From: Anolis carolinensis | Lineage: Eukaryota | Length of the DNA stretch: 64,000 nt | NCBI RefSeq assembly: GCF_035594765.1 | Contig: NC_085846.1 | Span: 20,385,190 to 20,449,189 of the forward strand | Direction: 5' to 3' | Shown: piece after piece, positions 26,722 through 39,170 of the stretch | Numbering within the stretch: position 1 is the stretch's first letter | Layout: the number at the start of each line of letters is the position of its first letter | Notes under the pieces: model-generated | The model's database searches: none | What the model was told of the DNA's origin: nothing | The model's input: only the letters and a program-made list of their open reading frames with translations | Translations under genes and position numbers: made by a program

Positions 26722-26777
<56 letters not shown>

Positions 26778-26884
26778 AATTGAGGCTGGGTGGCCATCTG
26801 TCAGGGGTGTTTTGCTTGTGCTTTTGGTGCACAAAGGCAGAAGGGGGTTGGATTCAATGGCCCAAAGGGTCTCTTCCAACCCTC

Positions 26885-26941
<57 letters not shown>

Positions 26942-27048
26942 ATTGAGGCTGGGAGGCCATCTGTCAGGGTTGCTTTGCTTGTGCTTTGGGTGCACAAAGG
27001 CAGAAGGGGGCTGGACTTAGTGGCCCAAGGGTTCTCTTCCAACCCTCT

Positions 27049-27079
<31 letters not shown>

Positions 27080-27102
27080 CGTCATCATCATCATCATCAT
27101 CA
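26620..27102 (+). repeat. three ~162-bp tandem units of a CR1-3'UTR-derived sequence plus a microsatellite
   Basis: Units start at 26620, 26782 and 26945 and align with the CR1 tail at 62329-62427; a partial fourth unit lies at 25120-25232. Confidence 0.85.
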
Positions 27103-28499
27103 AGGCTGTATTTGTTCCTGTTTTGTTTGTTTTTTTACTTGAAAATGAGGCATATGCAGAGTGCTTAGGAATTTGTTCATAGATTTTTTTTAACTCTAGT
27201 GTGGCCCTCCAACGGTCTGAGGGACCGTGGACTGGCCCCCTGTTTAAAAAGTTTGGGGACCCCTGCCTTTAATGATATGGTTTAGCACTCTGGGTAGTTC
27301 CTGAAACCCAGGCTGGATTCAGTCTTCCATTAATGCTGGAGCCAACAATCATACTGGACTCCCATGCCACTGAAAACATTTTACCATTCCACAAAAGTTA
27401 AATCTCTTGAATAAACTACTCCCCATCTCTTCAAGCTGTGTTTTATGCCATTCTACAATGTTTGTTCAGTTGCCTAGCCTCCAAGGCCAGATTTGTTAAT
27501 TGCTATTTTTGATCCCTGCTGAAATATATATGAAATATCATTTTTTTCACAGTTCCTTGATTAATATTTTCTTGGAACTACAGAAGTTTCTCGTCACTGT
27601 TCCTGTATGAATCTAAATGAGGGAGACTGTATGCAACAGATTGGTTGATAGAAAGTGTTACTCTAGCTCTACACAATTTCTGGGTATCCAGGAGAAATTG
27701 ATCTGCCTATGCATCTAAACAAAATTTCAACCTCACACAGAGAACTTCTATTAGGTTTATACTTCACTGGCTTTACAGTCTCAGCTTGAAGGCACTAGAA
27801 TGCACATCCCACAACTAATAAGTCATCATGGGTTAACAGGGATAGGAAGTTCCATGTGTCACCCCGTCTGTGCACTTCCTTTGTCATCCTTGACTTCATG
27901 TAACTCGTTTATGAAAGTTCTGAACACTTCATTCCGTAAAAATTGCAAAATAATATATGATAGCACAAATGGAATTTATGCTGCATATGATCAACAAAGG
28001 TCCAGTTGCTATTCTGGAAAACATTAATTTTGTGTAGTCTTTTAAAAGGTTGTTAGTGGGGAAAAAATGGAACTGATATGGTAAAGGCAAGGGCCAAGAT
28101 CCTACAACTTGATTGCATAGCATAATCTATAGAATTAGGTGGAGGTTGCACCATGTCACAATTAGGCTCCTGTCGAATGGAAGTTGTAATTTCATTCATT
28201 CTTGTAGATGACTGCATATATTTCATTTGTGAACTGAAAAATGCTCTGTGATGATCATTATTTATTATGGCTTTTGTCTCATTGGAACCCCATGTTGAAA
28301 TTGCTTGTTTAGTTAATTGTTCTTTTTATTGTTTTATTGATTCTGAATGCTTTGTTATAATAAAGGATACATTTTCAATGATATGCTTTTCTAGTATTAT
28401 TGTTTTAATCAGAAATATTTAACATGCTTATTCATGGTTCAATTTTGTTCTAAACGTAGAAGGAAACACCTTAGATGGGAGGGGGAATGGAAGCAATGA

Positions 28500-28686
28500 C
28501 TTGTGATCAGTTGAGTTGGACTCCTGGGAGTAAAATCCCAGGAAGCCAAATCAGCCTTAAATGATGCTCTTTCTTGGCACCTTGCAAAGCAAGCAAAGCA
28601 AAGCAGAGATTCTTCGCATTTCATGTGGCTCAAAATGTTTCAAGGAAAAGATGAATGACCTCACCTACCAATGTGTCCGGGTAAGT
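28500..28686 (+). promoter_or_regulatory. putative promoter and 5' exon of OR 29923
   Basis: ACTCCTGGGA-gtaaaa-TCCCAGGAAG, CCTTAAAT (28555) and donor GTAAGT (28681); paralogous to 57345-57626. Confidence 0.45.
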
Positions 28687-29188
28687 TTGATTTTGATGTA
28701 TTCTTTGCTACTTTCTATTTGTCTGCCTGATAGTTTTCCATCCACCCATCCACCCACCCATCATATCTATTATAAGGAAATAATAGATTGCTTTTCTGAT
28801 TCCCTCCTGCAGTGGCACAAATAGAATAATACTAGGATTTTGTTTTTCTGTTTGTTAAAATATTTTCATATGCACTCTTATATGCTGAAAACATTAAAAT
28901 GAAGAGAGATATATCATCTTTTTGCTATGTGGTTTAAATATTCCGTGGCCCTTTTGTATTTTCTAAACCAAGATATAGATATCATTGTAATCAGTCAATT
29001 TTCACATAATGGACTGTCCATTTAGTGGGGAAATGTATATATTGTCTGATAATAGAAGAATGGGAATAAATCAGATTGCAACTCATCTCCCCTTACTTTT
29101 ATGTATTGGCTAATTTTTCTTCATTATCAAAACAAAGCAGGAAATTTGGTCACATTCTTTTAGCAGCCTACTAAACAATGACCTAGAG

Positions 29189-29323
29189 CAGTGGTTCTCA
29201 ACCTGTGGGTCCCCAGGTGTTTTGGCCTACAACGTGCAGAAATCCCAGCCAGTTTACCAGCTGTTAGGATTTCTGGGAGTTGTATGTCAAAACACCTGGC
29301 AACCGACAGGTTGAGAACCACTG
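29189..29323. mobile_element. small hAT (SPIN-like TIR) MITE
   Basis: TIR CAGTGGTTCTCAACCTG; 8-bp TSD acctagag/acctagaa; empty sites at ~42400 and ~58050. Confidence 0.85.
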
Positions 29324-29922
29324 ACCTAGAAGGTTATCTATATCTAACAATGGCATTTGCTATTTGTTGAACTTCAAACAAAACAACTATACACTAGATT
29401 AGTATTCTTCATGCACTATTGAAGGTATGTTGATAGCATGAAATCATTCCAACACAAAGCACCAAAATACTTTCTGAGTTCCCACCTCTAATATTAAACG
29501 TATGTAATCCTATATTGTGACAGAAGTTATTGGCAAGCAACAGCTGCATCTTTTGTGCCCAAGAAAACCAGAGTATATTCACGAATCTAGAAGTGATTTT
29601 ATGTCACATAGCCTTACAATCCAGGCTAGAGATTTCTTAGATGTAAACATTAGAAATATGTCTGTTCTGGTTGTGGCTGCAGTCTACCTGTAATCTTGGT
29701 TCATATTGTATGTGGTTGCTATAGGAATTACAACACAGGACTATGGTCATAACATTTGTTAGAAAATTAACATAAAAATCATTACCCAAATGAAGTAGCA
29801 AAAATATCACTCTCCAAGAAAAAAGAGTTTATTAAAATTGAAATGGCTAATATTCCAAAGTAGTAGTTTAACTATTTTTTTAATCCTCATCCTACAGGAA
29901 ATATCAAGATACCGAAAACAGC

Positions 29923-30846
29923 ATGAGTAACTTTACTTCCACATCCTCTTTTCTGTTGCTGGAATTCTCAGATATGAGAGAACTACAAATCTTATCCTTT
30001 TTTGTCTTCCTAGCATTCTACTTGACTGCATTAATAGGCAACTTTCTCATTATCACTGTAGTTGCAGTTGATTCCCACCTTCACATTCCCATGTACTACC
30101 TCCTATTTGATTTGGCCATGTTGGACATTGGATCAATTTCTGTCATGGTGCCCAAGGCTATGGCTATGTCTCTTAAGAATGATAGGTCAATTACTTATGC
30201 TGGCTGTGTTGCTCAGGTTTTCTTTTATATTTTCTTTGGAGCCTCAGGTTATAGTGTCCTAACTATTATGGCTCACGATCGCTATGTTGCAATCTGCCAC
30301 CCTCTCCACTATGAGAGAATCATGCACAAAGGAGCCTGCCTACAGATGGTAGCCACTGGGCTGATTGCTAGTCTTATTTATGCCATATTACACACCTGTG
30401 GCACCTTTGCAAATCCTTTCTGTTCCAATATTGTCAATCAGTTCTTCTGTGAAATTCCACAATTAATAAAGTTGTCCTGCTCAGGCCTTTCTTTAATGGA
30501 AACTGGGGTTCTTATCCTGTCATTTAGTATAGCATTAGGGTGCCTTATCTTCATCATCAGATCATATGTACAGGTCTTTGTTGTTGTGCTTCGAATTCCT
30601 TCTTCACAAGGTCAGAAGAAAGCCCTCTCCACTTGTGTTCCCCACCTCACAGTTGTCACAATGTTGGTAGCCAGTGGGGTCCTCGCCTACGCAAGGTCTA
30701 TTGCTGACTCTTCTAATTTGGATACAGTTTTGGCCATGATATATACCATAATTCCTCCTATGTCAAATCCATTCATCTATAGTGTTAGAAACAAAGAGGT
30801 CAAGACTGCTTTAAGAAATCTGTTACATGCTGCCTTTTCCTTTTAA
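29923..30846 (+). CDS. olfactory receptor, family 14-like, subtype B; intact 7TM, C-tail 8 aa shorter than its paralogs
   Basis: NFT, LHIPMYY, MAHDRYVAICHPLHY, NQFFCEIPQL, KALSTCVPHL and NPFIYSVRNKEVK; acceptor AG at 29896-29897. Confidence 0.93.
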   Translation: MSNFTSTSSFLLLEFSDMRELQILSFFVFLAFYLTALIGNFLIITVVAVDSHLHIPMYYLLFDLAMLDIGSISVMVPKAMAMSLKNDRSITYAGCVAQVFFYIFFGASGYSVLTIMAHDRYVAICHPLHYERIMHKGACLQMVATGLIASLIYAILHTCGTFANPFCSNIVNQFFCEIPQLIKLSCSGLSLMETGVLILSFSIALGCLIFIIRSYVQVFVVVLRIPSSQGQKKALSTCVPHLTVVTMLVASGVLAYARSIADSSNLDTVLAMIYTIIPPMSNPFIYSVRNKEVKTALRNLLHAAFSF

Positions 30847-31470
30847 AACATAGTTAAAGTTGTTACTTGAGAATTGAGTTGCATGATCTTTCAGATCTTA
30901 ATATTTCCCTCTGAACCTTTAACCCTACACTTCTCATGTACTTTGTCCTCTCACACAGGTTGGGGTCTACTTTTTTCTTTTGTGTCATTTCTTTGAGCCT
31001 TATTTATCAGAAAGAATATAATTTGATAGAACGTTTTCACCCAGAGATAGTAAATACTGTTGGTTGCTTGTATATTCCCAGGTCTTCCTTGATTTTCTAT
31101 AAACAGCCTGGGGTCAACAGGAGTGGCTACTCCTTGCGGTCCCAGCATATGGCTACTCAGTGCTTGTAGAAGTGTGCCCAGATCCATTTATTGCAACTTG
31201 AGGAAATCATTCAGTTTGAGGCTACTCTATCTTCCCAGTTTCATTGCTGGGATGAGGAATGTTACTTGAATAGATACCTCTTTCAGCAGTTTTCCTCAAT
31301 GTACTTTGTATATATAAAGGATGTGGTAACTGGGAAGCACCCTATGAACTCTATACAAGAAACTTGAGATGCTTCTCAAAGTGTTCCAAAGATAATTATT
31401 TTACAGGTTAAAATTAAGAAAAACATTTTAGCAAAAAACCACCAAAGAGTTTTTAAGAATCTTCAGGCAC

Positions 31471-31741
31471 TTTTTTTCCCATGTCAGGAGCGACTTGAGA
31501 AACTGCAAGTTGCTTCTGGTGTGAGATAATTGGCTATCTGCAAGGACATTACCCAGGGGATACCTGGATTTTTTAAAATGTTTTTGCCATCCTTGTGGGA
31601 GGCTTCTCTCATGTCCCTGCATGGAGCTGGAGCTGAGAGAAGGAGCTCATCTGCACTCTCCCCAGGTTGGATTCAAACCTGCAACCTTCAGGTCAGAAGT
31701 CTGCCGGCACAAGGGTTTAACACATTACGCCACCGGGAGCT
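31471..31741. mobile_element. short retroposed element (Sauria-SINE-related head fused to a Penelope-associated sequence)
   Basis: 11-bp TSD tcttcaggcac (31460-31470, 31742-31752); empty site in the paralog at ~36270. Confidence 0.7.
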
Positions 31742-31759
31742 TCTTCAGGCACATGATAA

Positions 31760-32660
31760 ATTAGAAACTAATGGGAAAATTGTATGTATCCATTATTGGG
31801 GAAGTTGCACTAATAAATGCAAATGTTTTTCCAAGGGTCAGATCTCAATTGGTTTGTTTATTCACAACTTAAAAAGAGATTTCAACAGGATAAAAAGAAC
31901 TCATGCAAAAGATGGAGAAAATTAGTTTTATTTGGAATTGTGTAAAGATGATGGTCATATAATTTTTTAAAATGTACAAATGCCTTTTGAAATTAGAGAT
32001 AGAAGTTGAATCTGTAAAATGAGAAGGTGGGTCAAGAATTGTGGGCATAATGAGGAAATGAACATTTAAAACAATGGCATGACATAATTCTTCTAGTCTA
32101 GTAATTTTGTAAGAAAATATACATAAAATGATGTATAGATAGTACTTAAATCTAAGTAGGTTGTCAAAAATGTGCACAAATGCTTCAAATTTATGCTGTG
32201 CTTCTCAGGATAAGAAAGGATCTTTTTATGACATGTGGTGGACCTCCAACAAGGTGAAAGATCCATATCTTTAATGCAAATAAAGTAAAATAAAATTAAA
32301 GGTGGATTGTGGAATATAAACAGAAAAATATGTTTTTGCTGGACATTTTTGAGAAGAAATTGGATCACGACATTGACTATTCTTCACATATGTAATAACA
32401 ACTGGAAGAATACTGTATGCTCAAACTTGGAAATGAATTGAAGCACCAATGAATGGAAGAATAGGCTGCTAAATTTACAGAATTTGCCCAAATTATCTAA
32501 CTGATGTGGTTTCTGAAAGATAAATCAATTGTAATTTTTATGAAAGATATACATATACTGTATGTTATTTATCTATAGTCCTTCTTTTCTACTTCTTTTT
32601 CTTGAGTGCTGTTTATCTCAATGTGAATTAGTTTGTATTTGTTAAAACTAATAAATATCA
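31760..32660 (+). mobile_element. old degraded L1 ORF2 3' fragment; duplicated at ~36290-37425
   Basis: Relic peptides NWFVYSQLK, KMMYR*YL, GSFYDMWWT and RILYAQTWK, homologous to the L1 at 13911-15420. Confidence 0.65.
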
Positions 32661-33706
32661 CTTTAAAAACCTAAATATTTTATATCTTTTGCCATAGAAA
32701 ACATATCCAACATCTCTGTGTATAGTTTAAGATTATTTGATGATTTCAGCAAAAAGTAATTAAAAATTCCAGAAAGTGTATATAAGATTATCTATGTAGA
32801 ACATTCCAAAATACCTCCAAATTAAAAAAAAAACTAACAAGAACAATTTCTAGAAAAGGGAAATTCCACAATTCACAATTGCCACTTTTTGGAGAAAAAC
32901 TGCAGTAGACTAAAAAGAAAAGGGAAATGATAAAATCTATTTAGATATCGAGTGGCCTGTCACTCTCTCTTGAGGCAATGTGTCTCCAACTTGCATGAAA
33001 TGCATGAAAAACTAAGGTACGAAGGTGACTATTACTAGCAGGCCCATACTTTGTAAAGCAGAGCTTTACTAGATAGTTTATTCATAGTAACAGTACAAAA
33101 TGTTTGTTAATCCTCAGTATATCAATTAACAATTAAAACAACATTTTCCAAAACTCTATATGATTTTTTTGTTTCATTGTGAAATACTTCTATCTTTCAA
33201 CATCAAAACCCAAAAGTTACAAACCACTGAGATGAAATATATCATTTTACTATACATACATCATTTTTATTAATTAAAGGGCCATACTTTCTTTACCTTT
33301 AAAAGCAGGGTGAGAACAGATGTATTTATTTACATATCAGAGACAACCATGATTAGTACTATCGACATGCATTTTCAAATAAGAAATATTTTGATACAAA
33401 CATTTTCTGATAGAATTATATCATTGTTTTGCACACAAATAAAAATATCAATGACAAGATCTTGCATAAGGAGACATATATGTCTCATAGATAGCAACAT
33501 CTCTGTATCTACTAAAGATACACCACTAAACCCATTGCAAACTGTATTACTCCCTTCTATTCTCTGGCTATAAAACAATAGTTTACAAGTTGCTGAAGTA
33601 GAAAAAGATGAGCGACAACCTATTCATACACTTTCTTTTGGTTAGATGCACTACATCAGGGATCAATAGGGACCACAGGAGGTCTCTGTAGATAAGTGTT
33701 TCCCAG

Positions 33707-33766
33707 TTCTATTCTAATAGTGTCAACCGGTTCTTCTGTGAAGTTCCACAATTATTAAGACTCTCA
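33707..33766 (+). pseudogene. 60-bp relic of a subtype A OR coding sequence
   Basis: Translates FYSNSVNRFFCEVPQLLRLS, compared with FCSNNVNQFFCEVPQLLKLS in ORs 23187 and 50429. Confidence 0.85.
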
Positions 33767-33803
33767 GAAATGGCAGAAATATTCAATGCCAGAAAACCGC
33801 ACA

Positions 33804-33853
<50 letters not shown>

Positions 33854-34167
33854 TATTATAAGACCTATTATACTCACTCAATTTTGGAAGGGGAAAAGGT
33901 ACTAGAAATGTGAGAGACAGCATTGATTTCAAAATAAGGACAAGATGGAACAAAAACAAGCAACATTTGAGCAAATTCATTATTGAAAAATCATTAAAAT
34001 TAGACATTAATACAGCTATATAGCATTTGAAATAACAAAATGGAAAGGGTTAATTTTTTTAGTGATTCTTTTATTTTTTCTAAAACCTAAACACTGTCGG
34101 TCTTCCCTGAATTTAACAAAGTTATCAGTTCAGAAACTTATTTTAATACACTTTGCTGAGTTAGGAT

Positions 34168-34438
34168 TGCGGTTTTCTTGTATTGGTTTTTTGTGGGCTG
34201 TGCTTTGAGGAGTTTCTGATTTTTGACTACAATCAAAGCAGGTTCTTCACTTTGCTTTACATGTTCTTCTTCTTTGACTGCTTGTTTTACTTGTAAGAGT
34301 CCTCTGCCACCTGATTTTCTAGGCAGATATAGCCGGTCAACATCACTGTGAGGGTGCAGTGAATGATGAATGGTCATGAGTTTTCTTGTTTTTCTGTCCA
34401 AATTGTCCAGTTCTGCCTGTGTCTAGTTTATAATGCCA
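34168..34438 (-). mobile_element. internal R4/Dong LINE fragment
   Basis: Near-identical to 26103-26389 apart from a 15-bp in-frame deletion (ALAEY). Confidence 0.85.
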
Positions 34439-34759
34439 ATATCTTTCATGTCACCAATATGTCAATGTCACTAATAAGCTACAGATTTAATAATGTAGCA
34501 AGAGATTTCTTAAGTGACATAGGAATTCGAGATATGTCTGTTCTGGTTGTAGCTGCAGTCCAACTGTAATCTTGGTTCATATTGTATATAGTTGATATAC
34601 AAATTACTACACAGGACTATTGCCATAACATATCTCAGAAACCAAACATAATGTAGTAAAAGCTATCTTGAAGACTTCACTGCCCAAGAAAAGTGAATTT
34701 ATTAAAATTAAATCTTGTATTCCTCATCCTACAGGAAATATCAAGATACCGAAAACAGC

Positions 34760-35707
34760 ATGAGTAACTTTACTTCCACATCCTCCTTTCTGTTGCTGGA
34801 ATTCTAAGATATGAGAGAACTACAAATCTTATCCTTTTTTGTCTTCCTATCATTCTACTTGACTGCATCAATAGGCCACCTTCTCATTATCACTGTAGTT
34901 GCAGTTGATTCCCATCTTCACACTCCCATGTACTATCTCCTATTTAATTTGGCCATGTCGGACATTGGATCAATTTCTGTCATGGTGCCCAAGGCCATGG
35001 CTATGTCTCTTAAGAATGATAGGTCAATTACTTATGCTGGCTGTGTTGCTCAAGTTTTCTTTTTTGTTTTCTTTTCAGCCTCAGGTTATAGTGTCCTAAC
35101 TATTATGGCTCATGATCGCTATGTTGCAATCTGCCACCCTCTCCACTATGAGAGAATCATGCACAAAGGAGCCTGCCTACAGATGGTAGCCATTGGGCTG
35201 ATTGCTAGTCTTATTTATGCCACATTACACACCTGTGGCACCTTTGGAAATACTTTCTGTTCCAATATTGTCAATCAATTCTTCTGTGAAATTCCACAAT
35301 TAATAAAGCTGTCCTGCTCAGGTTTTTCCATAATGGAAACTGGGGTTCTTATCCTGTCATTTAGTATAGCATTAGGGTGCCTTATTTTCATCATCAGATC
35401 ATATGTACAGATCTTTGTTGTTGTGCTTCGAATTCCTTCTTCACAAGGTCAGAAAAAAGCCCTCTCCACTTGTGTTCCCCACCTCACAGTTGTCATAATG
35501 TTGATAGCCAGTGGGGTCCTTGTCCATGCAAGGTTTACTGCTGACTCTTCTAATTTGGATATAGTTTTGTCCATGGTATATACCATAATTCCTCCAATGT
35601 CAAACCCATTCATATATAGTGTTAGAAACAAAGAGGTCAAGACTGCTTTACGAAATCTGTTGCATGTTGCAATTTCCTATAAAAACATACTTAAAGTTGT
35701 TCTGTGA
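34760..35707 (+). pseudogene. OR family 14-like subtype B pseudogene (TCA>TAA at codon 16)
   Basis: The true ATG at 34760 (MSNFTSTSSFLLLEF) is followed by TAA at 34805-34807; the ORF from 34811 lacks the N-glycosylation site; TM1 GN is changed to GH. Confidence 0.85.
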
Positions 35708-38417
35708 GAACTGTGTTGTATGAACTTTCAAATGTTAATATTTCCCTCTGAATGTTTAACTCCACTCTTCTCATGCATCAGGTCCTCTCACACAGGTTGA
35801 GCTCTCCTTTTTTCTTCTGTGTAATTTCTTTGAGCTTCATTTATCAGATAGAACATAATTTGATAGTACATTTTCACCCAGAGATAATAAGTACTTTTGG
35901 CTGCTTGTATATTCCCAGGTCATCATTGATTTTCTATAAACAGCTTGGGGTCAACAGGAGTAGCTACTCCTTGCAGTCCCAGCATATGGCCTCTCAATGC
36001 TTGAAGAAGTGTGCCTAGGTCCATTCAGTTTGAAGCTACTCCATCTTCCCAGTTTGATTGCTGGGGCAATGAATTTTGCTTCAGCAGATTTCCTCAATAT
36101 ACAATGTAAATATATAGGACGTGGCAACTGGGAAGCACCCTATGTACTCTATACAAGAAACTTAAGATGCTTCACAAAGTGTTCAAAAGATAATTATTTT
36201 ACAGGTCAAAAATGAAGAAAAACATTTTAGCCAGAAAAAAAAGATCACAACCCGATGAATTTTTAAGAATCTTCAGGCATATGAGAAATTAGAAACAAAT
36301 GGGAAAAATTAATATATCAGTTATAGGGGAATTTGCACTAATAAAAGCAAATGTTTTGCCAAGAGTCAGATCCCAACTGGTTTGCTTATTTATAACTTAA
36401 AATGATATTTCCACAGGACAAAAAGAACTCATGCAAAAAGATGGAGAAAATCAGTTTTATTTGTAATGGTGTAAAGATGATGGTCATATACTTTCAAAAG
36501 TGAGACAATGTCCTTTGAAATTAGAGATAGAAGCTGAATCTGTAAAATGATAAGGTGGGTCAAGGGTTGCAGGCATAATGAACAAATGAACATTTAAAAA
36601 ATGGCATGACATAAATTCTTCTAGTCTAGTAACTTTGTAAGAAAATATACATAAAATGATATATAGATAGCACTTAATTCGAAGTAGGTTGTCAAATGTA
36701 TGTCGTGCTTGTCAGAATAAGGAAAGATCTTTTCCTGACAAGGACCTGCAACAAGGTGACAAGATCCATACCTTAATGAAAATAAAGTAAAATTAAATTA
36801 AATGTGGATTGTGGAATATAAACAGAAATGTTTTTGCTGGACATTTTTGAGAAGAAATTGGACTACGCCATGGACTATTCTTCACATATATAATAAGAGC
36901 TGGAAGAATACTGTATGCTCAAACTTGGAAATGAATTGAAGCACCGATGAATGGAAGAATGGGTTTCTGAATTTACAGAATTTGCCCAAATTGCCTGACT
37001 GATGTGGATTCTGAAAGATAAATAAATTGTAATTTTCATGAAAGATTGGAAATTGTTTATGGATTTCTGAGCAAAAAGATCTGGTAATGTTAGCAAGTGG
37101 AATTTAGTTAAACCCGTAATGATGGAATAACATATCTTTTGCTAGTTATTTTCCTCTCTTTATTAGAGTTCATTAGGGGGCAGAGTTCTTTTGTAGCTTT
37201 GTAATGTATTGTTTGTGTGGTTGTAGGTATTATAATACTGTAGATTAGTGACTTAGTAATGAACCATTATGTTAGTTTAGTGTTAGAATTAAGTGTAATG
37301 AACTTTAGTTTTAGATATACATACACTGTATGTTATTTATCTATAGTCCTTCTTTTTTACTTTTTTTTCTTGGGTGCTGTTTATCTCAATATGCATTAGT
37401 TTATATTTGTTAAAGCTAATAAATATCATCTTAAAAACTTAAATATTTTATATCTTTTACCATAAAAGAAAAGCATATCCAACATCTCTGAGTATAGCAT
37501 AAGATTGTTTGATGATTTCAGCAAAAAGTAATTAAAAATTCCAGAAACTGTATATAAGATTATCCATGCAGAACATTCCAAAAATACCTCCAAATCCACA
37601 AAAACCAACAAGAACGATTTATAGAAAAGGAATTAACAACTCACTTTTCACTTTTTGGAGAAAAATTGCAGTAGACTAAAAAGAAAGGGGAATGATAAAA
37701 TATATTTAGATATCAAGTGGCCTGTCACTCTTTCTTGAGGCACAGTGTCTCCAACTTGCATCAAATGCATGAAAAACTAAGGTACGAAAAATGCATGAAA
37801 AACTAAGGTGACTATTATCAGCAGGCCCATACTTTGTAAAATAGAACTATACTATATACTTTCTTCTCAGTAATGGTACAAAATGTTTTTACTTCCTCAG
37901 TATATCAATTAATAATTATACCAATTTTTTTTAAAAAAAATCTATGATTTTTTGGTTTCTGTGTGAAATACTTCCAACTTTCAACATCAAAATCCAAAAG
38001 TCACAAACCATTGGGATGAAATGGCTGTATTTTCTTTTTTCGTTAAAAGCAGGGTGAGAAAACAACGTATTTACTTATCAGCGACATACATTATTAGAAC
38101 TATTGAAATGAATTTTCAAATAAGAAATATTTTAATATGAATATTTTCACTCTGATAGAATTATAACATGATTTTATACACAAATAAAAATATCAATGAC
38201 AAGATCTTGTATAAGGAAACATATATGTCTCATACATAGCAACACCTCTGTATTTACTAATAATACACCACTAAACCCATTGCAAACTGTATAGCTCCCT
38301 ACTACTCTCTGGTTACAAAATAGTAGTTTACAAGTTGCTGAAGTACAAAAAGATGAGTGACAACATATTCATACACTATCTTTTGGTTAGATGCACTACA
38401 TAAGGAATCAATATGGA

Positions 38418-39170
38418 CCATGACCTGCCTCTTCCAGGGCAATCTTCCAGCCTTGGCACTGTAGTGAAGTGGTCTGTGATCTTGTGGCACCGGTCAATCA
38501 GCTTAGTGATGTCCCAGATGCCCCTTGGGAGGGTCTCTGTAGAGGGCGTACTAACTAGCCCAAGCCCTTCATGGATGGTGAGGTGGAGAATGGCCCAGAC
38601 CCCAGAAGCCAGCATTCCCCACTGCCTGCACTATATTTGCCCCATTATCAGTTGCCATAAAACCACAGGTGAGCTGCCGCCTCCCAGACAGCCATACCTC
38701 CAGCATGCGGTCTATGACCCGGTAGATCTTGGAAGAAGTATGAATCTTGTCAAGCACTTCTATGTGGAGCAGGCCCAGAGATGTCCTCTTTCCATGGTGT
38801 GCTCTCTCTCTCTCACCAATGCCCAGCGAGGGAGAGGTAGACCACGGGTGGACCTAATGTCTGTGATGAAGTGGATGGACGTCCAGCCAGTACCATCCAT
38901 CAACTGTTCGACACATTCTCTGCACCCTGATACAGGGATGGTATCACCATCCTTGAGGAGGTCATACAGAAGGGGACCTTGTAGTTGGGAGCCACCAGTG
39001 TTTTGGAGAAAAATTGCGGTGGACTCCATCCGAAAGCCTCCTAAGATCCCTCTTCCAACTCTTGAGTAAACTTCTCAATAGTCACAAGGGACTATTTGCA
39101 CCCCCCCCCCCCTCAGCCTCTAACTGTCCATGGGCACTAATGTACTCTAAAAAAGAAGAAAATGGGTTCC
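38418..39170 (-). mobile_element. degraded hAT (Ac/hobo/ZBED-like) transposase fragment
   Basis: Frameshifted motifs IHFITDIRS (first catalytic Asp), ATDNGANIVQAV (second Asp) and LIDRCHKITDHF. Confidence 0.75.

Larger units (their letters stand above)
25053..27265. mobile_element. non-autonomous hAT element (OposCharlie/MER30-like ends) carrying tandem CR1-tail/(TAA)n units and a nested R4 LINE
   Basis: 16-bp TIR CAGGGGTCCCCAAACT at both ends; flanking direct repeat cctttaatg; element absent from the paralogous region at ~55950-55980. Confidence 0.85.

Noticed and set aside
26573-27102. Repeat/spacer-like array resembling CRISPR, and poly-N/I/L/Y ORFs
   Set aside because: The units are CR1-3'UTR copies separated by microsatellites rather than unique spacers; the context is eukaryotic with no cas genes; the ORFs are repeat translations
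27790-28120. Short ORF conserved at 27800 and 56446
   Set aside because: Conserved only because of segmental duplication; weak resemblance to a decayed LINE RT (PLS..F.KVL), too degraded to call
30936-31260. Short ORFs conserved downstream of ORs 29923 and 34760
   Set aside because: Duplicated 3' flank, possibly an ancient antisense CR1 relic; stops differ between the copies
34811-35707. Calling this ORF an intact OR
   Set aside because: The true start is at 34760 with an in-frame stop at 34805; recorded as a pseudogene
38413-39069. 218-aa plus-strand ORF
   Set aside because: Antisense to a decayed hAT transposase and has no recognisable domain
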